54,046 nucleotides of DNA from an uncultured Eubacteriales bacterium. Lineage in GTDB: Bacteria; Bacillota; Clostridia; Oscillospirales; CAJFTT01. The notes beneath the pieces were generated by a model, which had not been told where the DNA came from, made no database searches, and saw only the letters and a list, made by a program, of their open reading frames with translations. The stretch spans positions 1 through 54,046 of the forward strand of contig CASDVX010000069.1 of the NCBI GenBank assembly GCA_949284545.1. The letters run 5' to 3'. Shown in pieces: positions 37,260 to 46,556 of this stretch; positions within the stretch are counted from its first letter, which is position 1; every line of letters begins with the position of its first letter. A program made the position numbers and the translations under genes.

Positions 37260-38014
37260 TTGTCCTCCTCCGCCTTGCCGTATGAGCAGCCGCACTTGCG
37301 GTTATTCCGTGTCCCAATCGATTTGAAATGATCGGGAATGACTGCAAGCAGCGGAAACTCGTATTCCCGAATGATACATCCTTCGTCGCGCACGACGGTG
37401 TCAAGCATCGCCCGTACAGTGATTAAGGCAGAAGCGGAAAGCGCCCCGAGCATAAAACCGATGACGAGATATTTCAAAGTCCCGGGAGACACTCTTTCAC
37501 TCGGAACGATCGCGTAATCCACAACTTTGACTGAACTCCCGTCCGTAATATCTGAAACCATGCCCGGCAGCACTTTTACTATTCCGTTTGCTATCCTCTC
37601 CGCTTCCTGCGGGTCATTGCTCGTAACCTTTACATTGAAAATTTCGGTACCGTTCACGGCGGCTGATGACACCATATCCTTCAGCTGCTCGTAGGTATAG
37701 TCAAGATTTTCATTTTCAATGACCTGATTCAGGGTCGACCTGGTTTTCAGTATGATTGCGTACGTGTCCGCCAGGCTCTGCGCTGCCGTCAACTCCGAGG
37801 AGCTTATGGAACCTGATGCGTCTCCGCCGTAATAAGACCGGTTGCTGACATACATGAGCGCTTCCGCCTCATAAACAGGCGTTATCATGTATTCGGAAAA
37901 CGCATAACCCGCTCCGCCGAAAATCAGCGCCGCGAGAATAATCGCCCACGCGCGGCGCCGTAACGCTTTCAAAATGAGAAAGACATTCAGTTCATAGTAC
38001 TGCGAATTCTTCAT
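37256..38014 (-). CDS. Wzz/CpsC-type chain-length determinant (BY-kinase transmembrane modulator)
   Basis: MKNSQYYELNVFLILKALRRRAWAIILAALIFGGAGYAFSEYMITPVYEAEALMYVSN with a second C-terminal TM. The ATG at 38014 follows GGAGA. The track start is 38053. Confidence 0.85.
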   Translation of the reverse strand: MKNSQYYELNVFLILKALRRRAWAIILAALIFGGAGYAFSEYMITPVYEAEALMYVSNRSYYGGDASGSISSSELTAAQSLADTYAIILKTRSTLNQVIENENLDYTYEQLKDMVSSAAVNGTEIFNVKVTSNDPQEAERIANGIVKVLPGMVSDITDGSSVKVVDYAIVPSERVSPGTLKYLVIGFMLGALSASALITVRAMLDTVVRDEGCIIREYEFPLLAVIPDHFKSIGTRNNRKCGCSYGKAEEDK

Positions 38015-38066
38015 TTTTTCTCCGTTTCCCCTTTTTCTCGGCTTTTTCTTCATATGACGAGATCCG

Positions 38067-39269
38067 CTACTTTGTTCCTGCCTGTGATTTCATTTTACCT
38101 ATAAGCTTTCTTATACCGGCGCGGAGTTCCGGGGGGAGTTTACCAAATACATTCCTTATTCTCCATTCCGCTGTAGAACAGTATTTATCAGCCCAACTGT
38201 CGTAACCGCCTTCAGTTATTTCCCTGTAAACGGTATCACGTGAAGCCGGACGTTCTGCCGGTCGGTTCAGGTTGACATTTACCCGTTTTATCCACTCGGT
38301 TCTGCTGCGGACGAGGATCATTTCCCACTCAATCCGTTCCTTGTACGACAATCCCTTTGCGGTATTGAAAGTCAGTATCGAAACCCCACTGATATTCTTC
38401 AGTTCAGGGTGAAATTTTTCCACCGACCAATAATCGGCAAACGTAAAGTCGCTCACGCGCATTTCGGCCGCATACGGGCACCGGTAACAGCATTCTCTGT
38501 ATGTCTCAGCTTTCAAAAAAGCCGAATAATATGGATCAAGCGCAGCGGAGCCCCATATTGTCTTCTCGGATTTGAAAAGGCTGAAGGAGTAACGCAGACT
38601 TGTTTCCCCGGGAACCAACTTACTGCGAAATCTGTATTTACTGACTTTCCCCCGTTTTTTTCTCTCAAGCCAACCGATATGTTGTTTAAACAGTGAAGGG
38701 CTTGGCACACCGTGACATACAAAATCTGCGGTAAGCAGATTATCATATTTATCTCCGAGGTATGTTTTCAGTCCCGCATTCTGGCACGGAGTACCCGTAT
38801 AAAGCACATATCCCCCCATTTCCAGGATCTCCTTCACAGCCGAATACGTATCGCATGTGTCGCTCTGCACGTATTTTGAACCTCTGCAGGCAGGCAACAG
38901 GCGCGGATCCGATACCGTCACTTGCCTTGCAGAGAATCTTTCGTCCAGCACACACCCAATCACTGTTCCGTTCATTCCGAAAACCGTATGTGCAAGCGCG
39001 GTAAAAGCGCCTCCGCTGGAACTGTCCAACAGGACCCGTTCGTCTTTGTGAAAGGCCGCACATACTTCCAGGGGGCGCGTACATTCTACGCGGTTCTGCG
39101 CCGGGCATGCTTTCCGGCAGTTTCCGCAGCCCACGCATTTTTCCTCATCAATGTAAGGAAAATAAAAGCCTTCTTCGTCGGGTTTCATTGACACCGCTCG
39201 GAAAGCGCAGGCCTGTTCGCACGCCCTGCATCCTGTACATTCCGACATGTCCGCAAGTACTGCCTTCAT
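38067..39269 (-). CDS. FrhB-like (coenzyme F420 hydrogenase/dehydrogenase beta subunit family) protein with N-terminal 2x[4Fe-4S] ferredoxin motifs
   Basis: CTGCRACEQAC...CVGCGNCRKACP dicluster motifs, followed by an FrhB-family body (GGAFTALA..., YTGTPCQ). Confidence 0.75.
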   Translation of the reverse strand: MKAVLADMSECTGCRACEQACAFRAVSMKPDEEGFYFPYIDEEKCVGCGNCRKACPAQNRVECTRPLEVCAAFHKDERVLLDSSSGGAFTALAHTVFGMNGTVIGCVLDERFSARQVTVSDPRLLPACRGSKYVQSDTCDTYSAVKEILEMGGYVLYTGTPCQNAGLKTYLGDKYDNLLTADFVCHGVPSPSLFKQHIGWLERKKRGKVSKYRFRSKLVPGETSLRYSFSLFKSEKTIWGSAALDPYYSAFLKAETYRECCYRCPYAAEMRVSDFTFADYWSVEKFHPELKNISGVSILTFNTAKGLSYKERIEWEMILVRSRTEWIKRVNVNLNRPAERPASRDTVYREITEGGYDSWADKYCSTAEWRIRNVFGKLPPELRAGIRKLIGKMKSQAGTK

Positions 39270-40456
39270 ATCCTCTGCCCCTCCAGAGCCGCTTTAAGAA
39301 ATTTTTTTGCGGCTGACCGCTCACTGTCCAGCACACAATCTATGTTGTCAAAGTCGATCGGCGCACATTCTTCTGCAGGCTTTTCCCCGTCTATAAACCG
39401 GTCCGATATATTCATCCGCTTTAGAATGGATGTTATTCGCTCGGATTGATCCAGGATCGATATGATACGCCGAGATTTGTCCGATGAATAAAGATAATTA
39501 CGGTGGAATATCCGCATTTCTTTATGAAACAACAGCGAAAACGCCAGCGCATGGAAAGAATCGGAGCAGACCTCGTCGGCACCGTCTAGAAGCTCAAGGT
39601 AGTCCCACGGGCTTCCGCCTTCAAAGGTCACATTTTTCATTTTTCTCAGCCGCTCGTAATCGCTGGCGAACGCCACTACGGACATACCCTTATCAACGCG
39701 GGATTTTAGATGCTTTATGGCGGTATCGCCGGGTTCGTTGAGAAAATAGCAGAAAATATAGGGCTTTGAGAAACGGCGCATACCGTTTTTGGCTGTATAG
39801 TATTTGCGCCATTGATCCGCCGTCAACTGAAGTACCGGATCTATCACCCTTACAGCCTGACGACCCGTAAGCTCCTCCACCGTATCCACACCGGACTGTT
39901 CTCGCACCGACAAGCAGCGGTATTCCCCGATATCCCTTGCAAACCGACGTCTGTTATAGCGTGCCACGGTTCCGGTTCCGAAGCTGGGCGCCCAGGCTAT
40001 TCTTTTGCTTTTCGGCGCAAATTTCAAAAAATAAACGTCGTTTCTCAAAAACCAGCTTCCGTTCCATATTTGATCGCTTCCCGAAATAAACGCCGCAAAT
40101 TCGTCGCTTCTGGCTACCCTTTTCATCTCTGTGTATGTAAGTTTTACCGAAAAGATATCCTCCTCGACAAACTGCTGCAGCCCTTTGAAATCGCTTTCTC
40201 TCAGAGCTGTCAGGGCCGTTTTTCGCTTGGACTGCATCATACACAGAAACCCTCTGGCATGCGTAGGGTGCACAGCTGCTTTTGCCAACGCTTTGATAAG
40301 ATAGAACATCTTTCGCCAAACGCCGTTCTTCTCGCTTTCTCTGAAAAGCACGCATGAATATCCTGCTTGTTCAACCACTCTCTGTGTTGCAAAGCACTGC
40401 AGTGCTGAACCGTAATTATAGTTATAGAGCGTCACCTGGCCGACCTTGCGACTCAT
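39266..40456 (-). CDS. Polysaccharide pyruvyl transferase family protein
   Basis: MSRKVGQVTLYNYNYGSALQCFA...ISGSDQIWN matches the PS_pyruv_trans pattern. The ATG at 40456 follows GGGTGA. The track start is 40492. Confidence 0.8.
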   Translation of the reverse strand: MSRKVGQVTLYNYNYGSALQCFATQRVVEQAGYSCVLFRESEKNGVWRKMFYLIKALAKAAVHPTHARGFLCMMQSKRKTALTALRESDFKGLQQFVEEDIFSVKLTYTEMKRVARSDEFAAFISGSDQIWNGSWFLRNDVYFLKFAPKSKRIAWAPSFGTGTVARYNRRRFARDIGEYRCLSVREQSGVDTVEELTGRQAVRVIDPVLQLTADQWRKYYTAKNGMRRFSKPYIFCYFLNEPGDTAIKHLKSRVDKGMSVVAFASDYERLRKMKNVTFEGGSPWDYLELLDGADEVCSDSFHALAFSLLFHKEMRIFHRNYLYSSDKSRRIISILDQSERITSILKRMNISDRFIDGEKPAEECAPIDFDNIDCVLDSERSAAKKFLKAALEGQRI

Positions 40457-40497
40457 CTTAGTATCACCCAGCCGTTTGTTTTCACATTTCATCGTTT

Positions 40498-41760
40498 TTA
40501 TTTTTCTTTCACCGTCTCGTTAAATCGTATCTGCCTGACAAGTGAGCAAGAAAATAATATCCTCAGTACCATCAATATGAACTCCGTTACATTTCTAAGT
40601 ATCGTAAGATTATCAAGCGAAAATACATTGCACACGGCAAGCGCCGCAAGACCCGCGATCTGAACCGCCGCAGCCACCACGGTAGTAAGCGTGGTTTCAC
40701 GTTCCTTCCCCATGGCTCCTAGAAGCGGGAAGCCCAGCATCTGCGCGACAAATGAAAATAACAGCATCGGCGTCAGGTGCTGCAGCACGGGTACCGCTGC
40801 AAGATACTCCTCTCCCGCTATCACGTTTACCGCCAAACCCGCCAGCCGGTATAACACCGCACACCCCGCCGCAACAGCCGGCAGTAAGTATACCGTTACC
40901 TGAAGCACAATTTTGTGATCCTTCTTTTTCGCAACATGGGGATATATGCTTGTGGCTATGGGATCATACATGGACTGTACCGCCTGGACCACCTGGAACG
41001 CCACGCCCCAGTAGGCTATTTCAACCGTAGGCATACCTACAATGCCCATAACAAATGTACTGGTTATTGAAAGCGCAGTGCCGGCAAAAGTGGACATGAA
41101 ATATACCGTAGACTCTTTTAGCTCCGCCACGGCTTCTCTAACCCCCGACAACGAAAACCCGTATCCCATTCTGCGAACCATGTGCCGGTTTGTCTGAAAC
41201 GCCGAAACAGCTGTTCCCAGCAGATACGCCACCGGCACCATTATAATTCTGTCGTCGTCGCTAACTATTATAAGAATCAAGACCGCCGTGACTATTTTTG
41301 CTGTTATGTACCGTACGGTGACACCTTCCATCTTTTCCAATCCACGGTACAGAAAGTCCGGAACAAATATTTGCACCGCCGTGGCCGCATAGTACAGGAT
41401 CGTGAGCGTGGGATTCTGCCTGAGCAGGTCAACCAAAAGTATCATGGGAACCAGCAGTATCAGCCCGGCAATAACAAGTATTATTTTGGCTGTATACACC
41501 GCCGAAACCGTTTTTTCTATAAATTCACGGTCGCCGCGGTTCTGAGCAATCTTTTTCGTAGCGGAAAAATTAAATCCAAAATCAAACAGAAGTATAAAGT
41601 ATCCCATAACCGGTGTAAGATACGATATCACGCCGTACGCATCCGGTCCCAGCCTTCGTGTCAGACATGCCGTTATGATAAGGGGAAGAATGAATTTTGC
41701 TCCCGTCATTATGTACAAAAAAAACGTGTTTCTTGCCACTAACCTGTTGGACGCCTTCAT
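40498..41760 (-). CDS. wzx: Wzx-type oligosaccharide flippase (MOP superfamily)
   Basis: 420 aa, about 12 TM segments. N-terminus NTFFLYIMTGAKFILPLIITACLTRRLGPDAYGV is typical of polysaccharide biosynthesis flippases. Confidence 0.85.
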   Translation of the reverse strand: MKASNRLVARNTFFLYIMTGAKFILPLIITACLTRRLGPDAYGVISYLTPVMGYFILLFDFGFNFSATKKIAQNRGDREFIEKTVSAVYTAKIILVIAGLILLVPMILLVDLLRQNPTLTILYYAATAVQIFVPDFLYRGLEKMEGVTVRYITAKIVTAVLILIIVSDDDRIIMVPVAYLLGTAVSAFQTNRHMVRRMGYGFSLSGVREAVAELKESTVYFMSTFAGTALSITSTFVMGIVGMPTVEIAYWGVAFQVVQAVQSMYDPIATSIYPHVAKKKDHKIVLQVTVYLLPAVAAGCAVLYRLAGLAVNVIAGEEYLAAVPVLQHLTPMLLFSFVAQMLGFPLLGAMGKERETTLTTVVAAAVQIAGLAALAVCNVFSLDNLTILRNVTEFILMVLRILFSCSLVRQIRFNETVKEK

Positions 41761-43139
41761 TGGGCCAACCCTTTCTTACGGTTCTCCGTATCTATCCGGT
41801 TTTGAAAAACGCCTAAGGGGCCCAGATCGTCCGCACGCTTCTTTCCTGCCCACGTCCGTTTCGTGTACCCGTAACCGAGAGCATTTGTTTCTTCTGAAGC
41901 AGGCCCTGCAGGGAACCCGGCAGCGACCTCCTGTCTACTCGGTTCCAGCCCGAAGACCAACAATATGCCGATGTAATATGTCATTGATATTATACTTGTC
42001 ACGTTTGCCACGAGCATCAGCGCGCAAAGCAGGCACGCCGTTATTCTTGATACTCCTCTGCAGCGCACGGCGACCGAGAGCATTGCCGCGTAGTAAAGCA
42101 CAACTCCTGTTATTCCGGAACAGTAAATCAGCTCCATCAATCCGGTAAAGTATTCGTCAGGCAAACTTGCATATCCCAGTCCGAACACAAGTTGCCGGCC
42201 GCTCATCGGCGTGATATATGTGTCCCAGTACAGCGTTCTCCCCCAAATGGCGTTATAGCTGTCCGCGGAGTATTCTATCGGTGAGAATACCCTCAGTATG
42301 GACGAACGGAAAAACTCAAGCTGAAACAGGACTGCCAGTATAACCGCCAACCCGACAATCAATCCCGAGATTTTTACTATTTTCTCGGCAAATCCGGACC
42401 TGCGTATTTCGTGTGCAATATACAGTAGCCAGATGCCTCCGGAAAGCATTATCCCCATGCCGGATGTCGTAGCCACCATTCCCGCAGATATGAATATCGC
42501 TGCCGGTACTTGCCGTTCGCCGTGGAACAGGCAGAGAAGAAGCGCAACAAAGGAATATTGCGTAAGGTGGGACGGTTCAAGAAAAAAGGCGGAAGGGCGG
42601 TACAGGTCGCTCACCTCCTGGTAACCGGTCAGGATCTCGCCGCGGTAATATTGCAGGCTGTCGAGGCACAACTCAGGCGCAATACAAGGAATATGCACGC
42701 CGAACACATAATGGACGGCTGTTTGCAGAATTGTAAGCAGCGAGGCAAGGACCGCAATGACAACTATGTACTTTTTCAGATATGCTGCATTGACCGCCCC
42801 GGTGGAAAAGGCGATCACATGGACGATTATCAACATGGTCTGTATCATGTTTACCGGGTCCTCGGCGCTTTTTACCGCTGTATAAGCGAGATAAAGGACA
42901 AAGGGCACCATGATTTTGGCTATTTGATACTGTCGCGAGTTTCGCAGTACACCGTTAAAGATAACTGCGGCGGCATAAAAAAAGCTTACAATTATCATTG
43001 CCGTGGACACGCCTATCCCTATTACCGGTACCTTATACATCATGAGCACCGGCAAAACGGCAATAAAAAGCGCGTATCCTCTTCCGGGAGCACCTGCTGT
43101 GGGAAGTGCCCTGAATCTGCCCGTCGCAGCGACTGCCAT
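41757..43139 (-). CDS. wzy: Wzy-type O-antigen/EPS polymerase-like membrane protein
   Basis: Polytopic membrane protein with no soluble-domain motifs, located between the GT and the flippase. The ATG at 43139 follows AGAGGTGA. The call rests on context and topology only. Confidence 0.6.
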   Translation of the reverse strand: MAVAATGRFRALPTAGAPGRGYALFIAVLPVLMMYKVPVIGIGVSTAMIIVSFFYAAAVIFNGVLRNSRQYQIAKIMVPFVLYLAYTAVKSAEDPVNMIQTMLIIVHVIAFSTGAVNAAYLKKYIVVIAVLASLLTILQTAVHYVFGVHIPCIAPELCLDSLQYYRGEILTGYQEVSDLYRPSAFFLEPSHLTQYSFVALLLCLFHGERQVPAAIFISAGMVATTSGMGIMLSGGIWLLYIAHEIRRSGFAEKIVKISGLIVGLAVILAVLFQLEFFRSSILRVFSPIEYSADSYNAIWGRTLYWDTYITPMSGRQLVFGLGYASLPDEYFTGLMELIYCSGITGVVLYYAAMLSVAVRCRGVSRITACLLCALMLVANVTSIISMTYYIGILLVFGLEPSRQEVAAGFPAGPASEETNALGYGYTKRTWAGKKRADDLGPLGVFQNRIDTENRKKGLAQ

Positions 43140-43197
43140 CTTTTTATCACCTCTTAAGTATAAACGTTCCGTACGCTTTTGCCGACAGCCAGTCTTT

Positions 43198-44319
43198 TCA
43201 TCCCTCTTGCATGAGAATTCTTTCAAGATGCACTGCTTCGGTTTCAATATTAAAAGGTCCCGTTTTTGCAGCGTCGTTCCACTTAGTCCGTTCCGGCAAA
43301 ACGGCGCATTCTTTGAGTATCCTGTCCGCCCAGCTCCCCGGTGGATCGCTCAGCGGTATGAAGTGCATTATTTCATCCGAAAATCCCACGATTTTCGGCA
43401 CCGCGCCGGCTGAAGCAAAGCAGTGAAGCCCCGACGCCTGCGCCTCAACGAGAACTATCCCCAGTCCTTCGGACAGCGAAGGCAGTATGAGGCAGTCCAT
43501 CGCCTGATATATTTCGCTAAGGTCCGTTCTTCTGCCGAGAAAGTGCACGCTGCCGGCAATTTGCATTTTTTCTGCCTTCTTTACCATTGCATCCCTGCAA
43601 TCGCCGTCCCCGACGACCAGAAACACCGCCCCGTTTTTCCTCTTACTGATTTCGTAAAAAACATCCATCAGGAAATCCGGATTTTTTTCGGTGGAAAGAC
43701 GACCTGCAAATCCTGCGGCAAACTCTCCGCCTATCCCCATCTCCGCGCGCTTTTTGTCCCGCACGGCCTGCGAAAACCTGTATTTTTCCACCTCTACGCC
43801 GTTATATACCGTTTCGGCGCGACTTGGTCCGGAAAATTTTTTCCCAAACATGAAGCGGCCGGATTCTTCCGAATTTGTCAGCCTTATGCATTTTATCAGA
43901 CCCAATATTTTTCTGCACGTCACATGCAAGAGCCTGTAAAGCATTCCTCTGCCCGGCATACCGCTGTTATGAGCGTGCATGACTATGCGGTAGTTTAATA
44001 GCCTGCACATTGCGACGGCGGAAGTATGGCACATGGAAAAAAGGTTGAAGTAGGCTACATTGTGGTCTTTCCTTGCCGCCTTTGCGGTCTTCCACGATTC
44101 ATGCAAAAATTTCAGCGGGTTTTTCCTGTACGAGGTAACCATGTATATCCTGCCGCCTTTTGCACGTATGCGGTCCGCGTGAACGCATCTTTCTCCCACT
44201 ATCACGTAATCGAACACGCATCTCTCGCTCATATGCTCGCTCATGCCGAGCACAAAGCTTTCTATGCCCCCGGACACCTCGCCGGACACGCCGTATACCA
44301 GCACCCTCATCGTTTTCAC
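43198..44319 (-). CDS. Glycosyltransferase family 4 (GT-B, GT1 superfamily)
   Basis: MRVLVYGVSGEVSGGIESFV... and the C-terminal motif LPSLSEGLGIVLVEAQASG (the E-x7-E region). Confidence 0.85.
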   Translation of the reverse strand: MKTMRVLVYGVSGEVSGGIESFVLGMSEHMSERCVFDYVIVGERCVHADRIRAKGGRIYMVTSYRKNPLKFLHESWKTAKAARKDHNVAYFNLFSMCHTSAVAMCRLLNYRIVMHAHNSGMPGRGMLYRLLHVTCRKILGLIKCIRLTNSEESGRFMFGKKFSGPSRAETVYNGVEVEKYRFSQAVRDKKRAEMGIGGEFAAGFAGRLSTEKNPDFLMDVFYEISKRKNGAVFLVVGDGDCRDAMVKKAEKMQIAGSVHFLGRRTDLSEIYQAMDCLILPSLSEGLGIVLVEAQASGLHCFASAGAVPKIVGFSDEIMHFIPLSDPPGSWADRILKECAVLPERTKWNDAAKTGPFNIETEAVHLERILMQEG

Positions 44320-45551
44320 CTGTATACTGCCGTACGCGGGAAGGTCTCGGCCCGGTCCAAAACTATGCGCCTACCCTGCTCTGAGGAAAGGTACGCGGCA
44401 TAAACCACCTTTACGGTGTCCTTTGCCAGCTCAAAGCCTGATTTGGGTTCCCGGTCAAACGCCACCGATTCCATAAAATCCTGCATTTCGTTGGTGTAGC
44501 CTCGTATGATCTCGTCAGCTATAAAAGGGTTGTTCCATCCGCATTTGCTTGTCAGCATCTCCGATATGTAAACGTCATCGAGTCCGTCCTCATCAAGCAT
44601 ATAGCTGCTCATAATGTTGTTTAAGGTCAGTGTGCAGGTGATGGCCGCGTCGTTGCAGTAGAGCTCGACCTGGTTTTTGCTGCCGCCGAGCAGCGTGTCA
44701 CAGGCGATCGTCACAGCGCGCGTCCCGTCGGAAAATTCCACTATGCACGTGCTTGTATCCTCCACGTCCTGCGGTTTTGCTGCGATGTGACGGTGCTCAT
44801 ATTCGCTGAGCCCGCCCGTTACACAGGTCATATCCGCAACCACGCTTTTGACGCTTATTTCCTTTCCGGAAGCAAGCGCTTCCTGCCGCTTCAGCCACAG
44901 CATCGCGGAAAGCGGATGCGTACCCGTGCGTATGAACGTTCCCCCGCCTGTTTTTGACCATTCTCCGGCCACGGCGGAGCTTGACCCTTTGAGACTTTCT
45001 TCGCCTTTCATATAAAGTATCCTGCTTTTTTTTGCCGTTACGATCTCCGCCGCCTTGAGTATTGCAGGCGCGTAAACAAAGTTTTCCGCATACATCAGCC
45101 GTTTTCCCGAAATCTTCATGGCGCTTTCAATGCGTTCCATGTCTGCAAGGCATGACAGGTACATTTTTTCCTTGGACACGCTGCCGACCGGGCAGGAGTC
45201 GCCCGCCCTCCCGAAATAGCCGGTAAGGGGTTTTTCACATATAACGTGCTTGCCGTTTTCAAATGCCCGTATGGCTTCCTCGGCATGCATATACGGCGGT
45301 GTGCATATATCCACGACATCCACTTCCGGGTCGTTCAGAATGTCGTTATAATCCGTTGTTATGCGTTCGAAGGGATAGCGGCCCACTGCGTCCAAAAGCT
45401 GCCGTTCCCTGCGCGCGAATATCCATTTATACCGTATGCCGATCCCGTGCACGCCTCTGTATCCGCTCATATGTAATTCCGCGCCGCGTCCTGCGCCCAG
45501 CATGGCTATTGTAACTTTTTCGGTCATGTGTCCACCCCGGATCCTTGTCAT
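44316..45551 (-). CDS. Gfo/Idh/MocA family NAD(P)-dependent oxidoreductase
   Basis: KVTIAMLGAGRGAELH (Rossmann), VDICTPPYMHAEEA, VICEKPL. ATGA overlap with the upstream stop. Confidence 0.85.
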   Translation of the reverse strand: MTRIRGGHMTEKVTIAMLGAGRGAELHMSGYRGVHGIGIRYKWIFARRERQLLDAVGRYPFERITTDYNDILNDPEVDVVDICTPPYMHAEEAIRAFENGKHVICEKPLTGYFGRAGDSCPVGSVSKEKMYLSCLADMERIESAMKISGKRLMYAENFVYAPAILKAAEIVTAKKSRILYMKGEESLKGSSSAVAGEWSKTGGGTFIRTGTHPLSAMLWLKRQEALASGKEISVKSVVADMTCVTGGLSEYEHRHIAAKPQDVEDTSTCIVEFSDGTRAVTIACDTLLGGSKNQVELYCNDAAITCTLTLNNIMSSYMLDEDGLDDVYISEMLTSKCGWNNPFIADEIIRGYTNEMQDFMESVAFDREPKSGFELAKDTVKVVYAAYLSSEQGRRIVLDRAETFPRTAVYR

Positions 45552-46414
45552 TGCCCTGCGGTTTCCGCCCGGGCGATAAAGCTGTCTTCTCCGTGCTCGT
45601 TTCTCAGCCGCTCTCTTAATTTCAGCGTTTTGCGCACGTCGGACATGAGGGCCGCAAATTCGGCCGGCGTCAGCTGCTGATTGGCATCGCTCAGGGCATC
45701 GCGCGGGGACGGATGCACCTCTATCATCAGTCCGTCGCAGCCGGACATGATAGCGCTGAGAGACATTGACGGGACCAACCCGGCGCGCCCGGTGGCGTGG
45801 GACGGGTCTGCGATAACCGGGAGATGCGTCAGCTCCCTCAGCGCCGCGATCGCGCTCACGTCAAAGGTATTTCTCGTGTACGTCTCCACGGATCTTATCC
45901 CCCGCTCGCAGAGTATCACGTTGGGGTTCCCTTCCTTCATGATATATTCCGCGCTGCCAAGCCATTCCTCTATGGTACTCGACATGCCCCGCTTGAGGAG
46001 GACGGGCTTCCCGCTTCTTCCTGCCTCCATCAAAAGAGAAAAATTCTGCATATTTCTTGACCCTATCTGAAGAATATCCGCATATTCCGCCACAGCGTAA
46101 ACGTCCCTGGTGTCCAGCACCTCGGTGATTACCGGGAGCCCTACGGCCTGTCCTGCGCGCCGGAGGTATTGAAGGCCCGTTTTCCCCAAACCCTGAAAGC
46201 TGTAGGGCGACGACCTAGGCTTATACGCGCCCCCGCGAAGTATGTTTGCCCCTGCGTCCTTTACCTTAACTGCTGTTTCCATGATCTGTTCTTCCGACTC
46301 AACCGAACAGGGTCCCGCGATAACGGCGAAGTCCCTGCCTATTACCGTATCTCCCACGGGTATATAGGTCGTTAATCCGTTTTCTTTTTTTTGAACCATG
46401 GGTAACTTCTGCAT
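45548..46414 (-). CDS. 3-deoxy-7-phosphoheptulonate (DAHP) synthase, type I-beta family
   Basis: IAGPCSVES, LRGGAYKPRSSPYSFQGLG, QIGSRNMQNF, KPVLLKRG, ILCERGIR, DPSHATG and IEVHPSP match the remembered type I-beta DAHPS motifs. The ATG at 46414 follows GGAGTGGAG. The track start is 46474. Confidence 0.85.
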   Translation of the reverse strand: MQKLPMVQKKENGLTTYIPVGDTVIGRDFAVIAGPCSVESEEQIMETAVKVKDAGANILRGGAYKPRSSPYSFQGLGKTGLQYLRRAGQAVGLPVITEVLDTRDVYAVAEYADILQIGSRNMQNFSLLMEAGRSGKPVLLKRGMSSTIEEWLGSAEYIMKEGNPNVILCERGIRSVETYTRNTFDVSAIAALRELTHLPVIADPSHATGRAGLVPSMSLSAIMSGCDGLMIEVHPSPRDALSDANQQLTPAEFAALMSDVRKTLKLRERLRNEHGEDSFIARAETAGQ

Positions 46415-46556
46415 TTTCTCCACTCCTGCCGTAACGTTTAGGTGTTCCCTGCTCTGGCCTGCCGCAATGTTCACCGCCCGCGGCAGCCGCGGACGTAAAA
46501 ACGCTTCTGTTGCGGCAGGTATGCGGACAGCAGGCCGGCGCCCTTCCCATATGTTT

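Noticed and set aside
42510-43998. + strand ORFs 42510-43157 and 43423-43998 (215 and 191 aa)
   Set aside because: They are antisense to the Wzy-like and GT4 genes and have no motifs. They are shadow ORFs.
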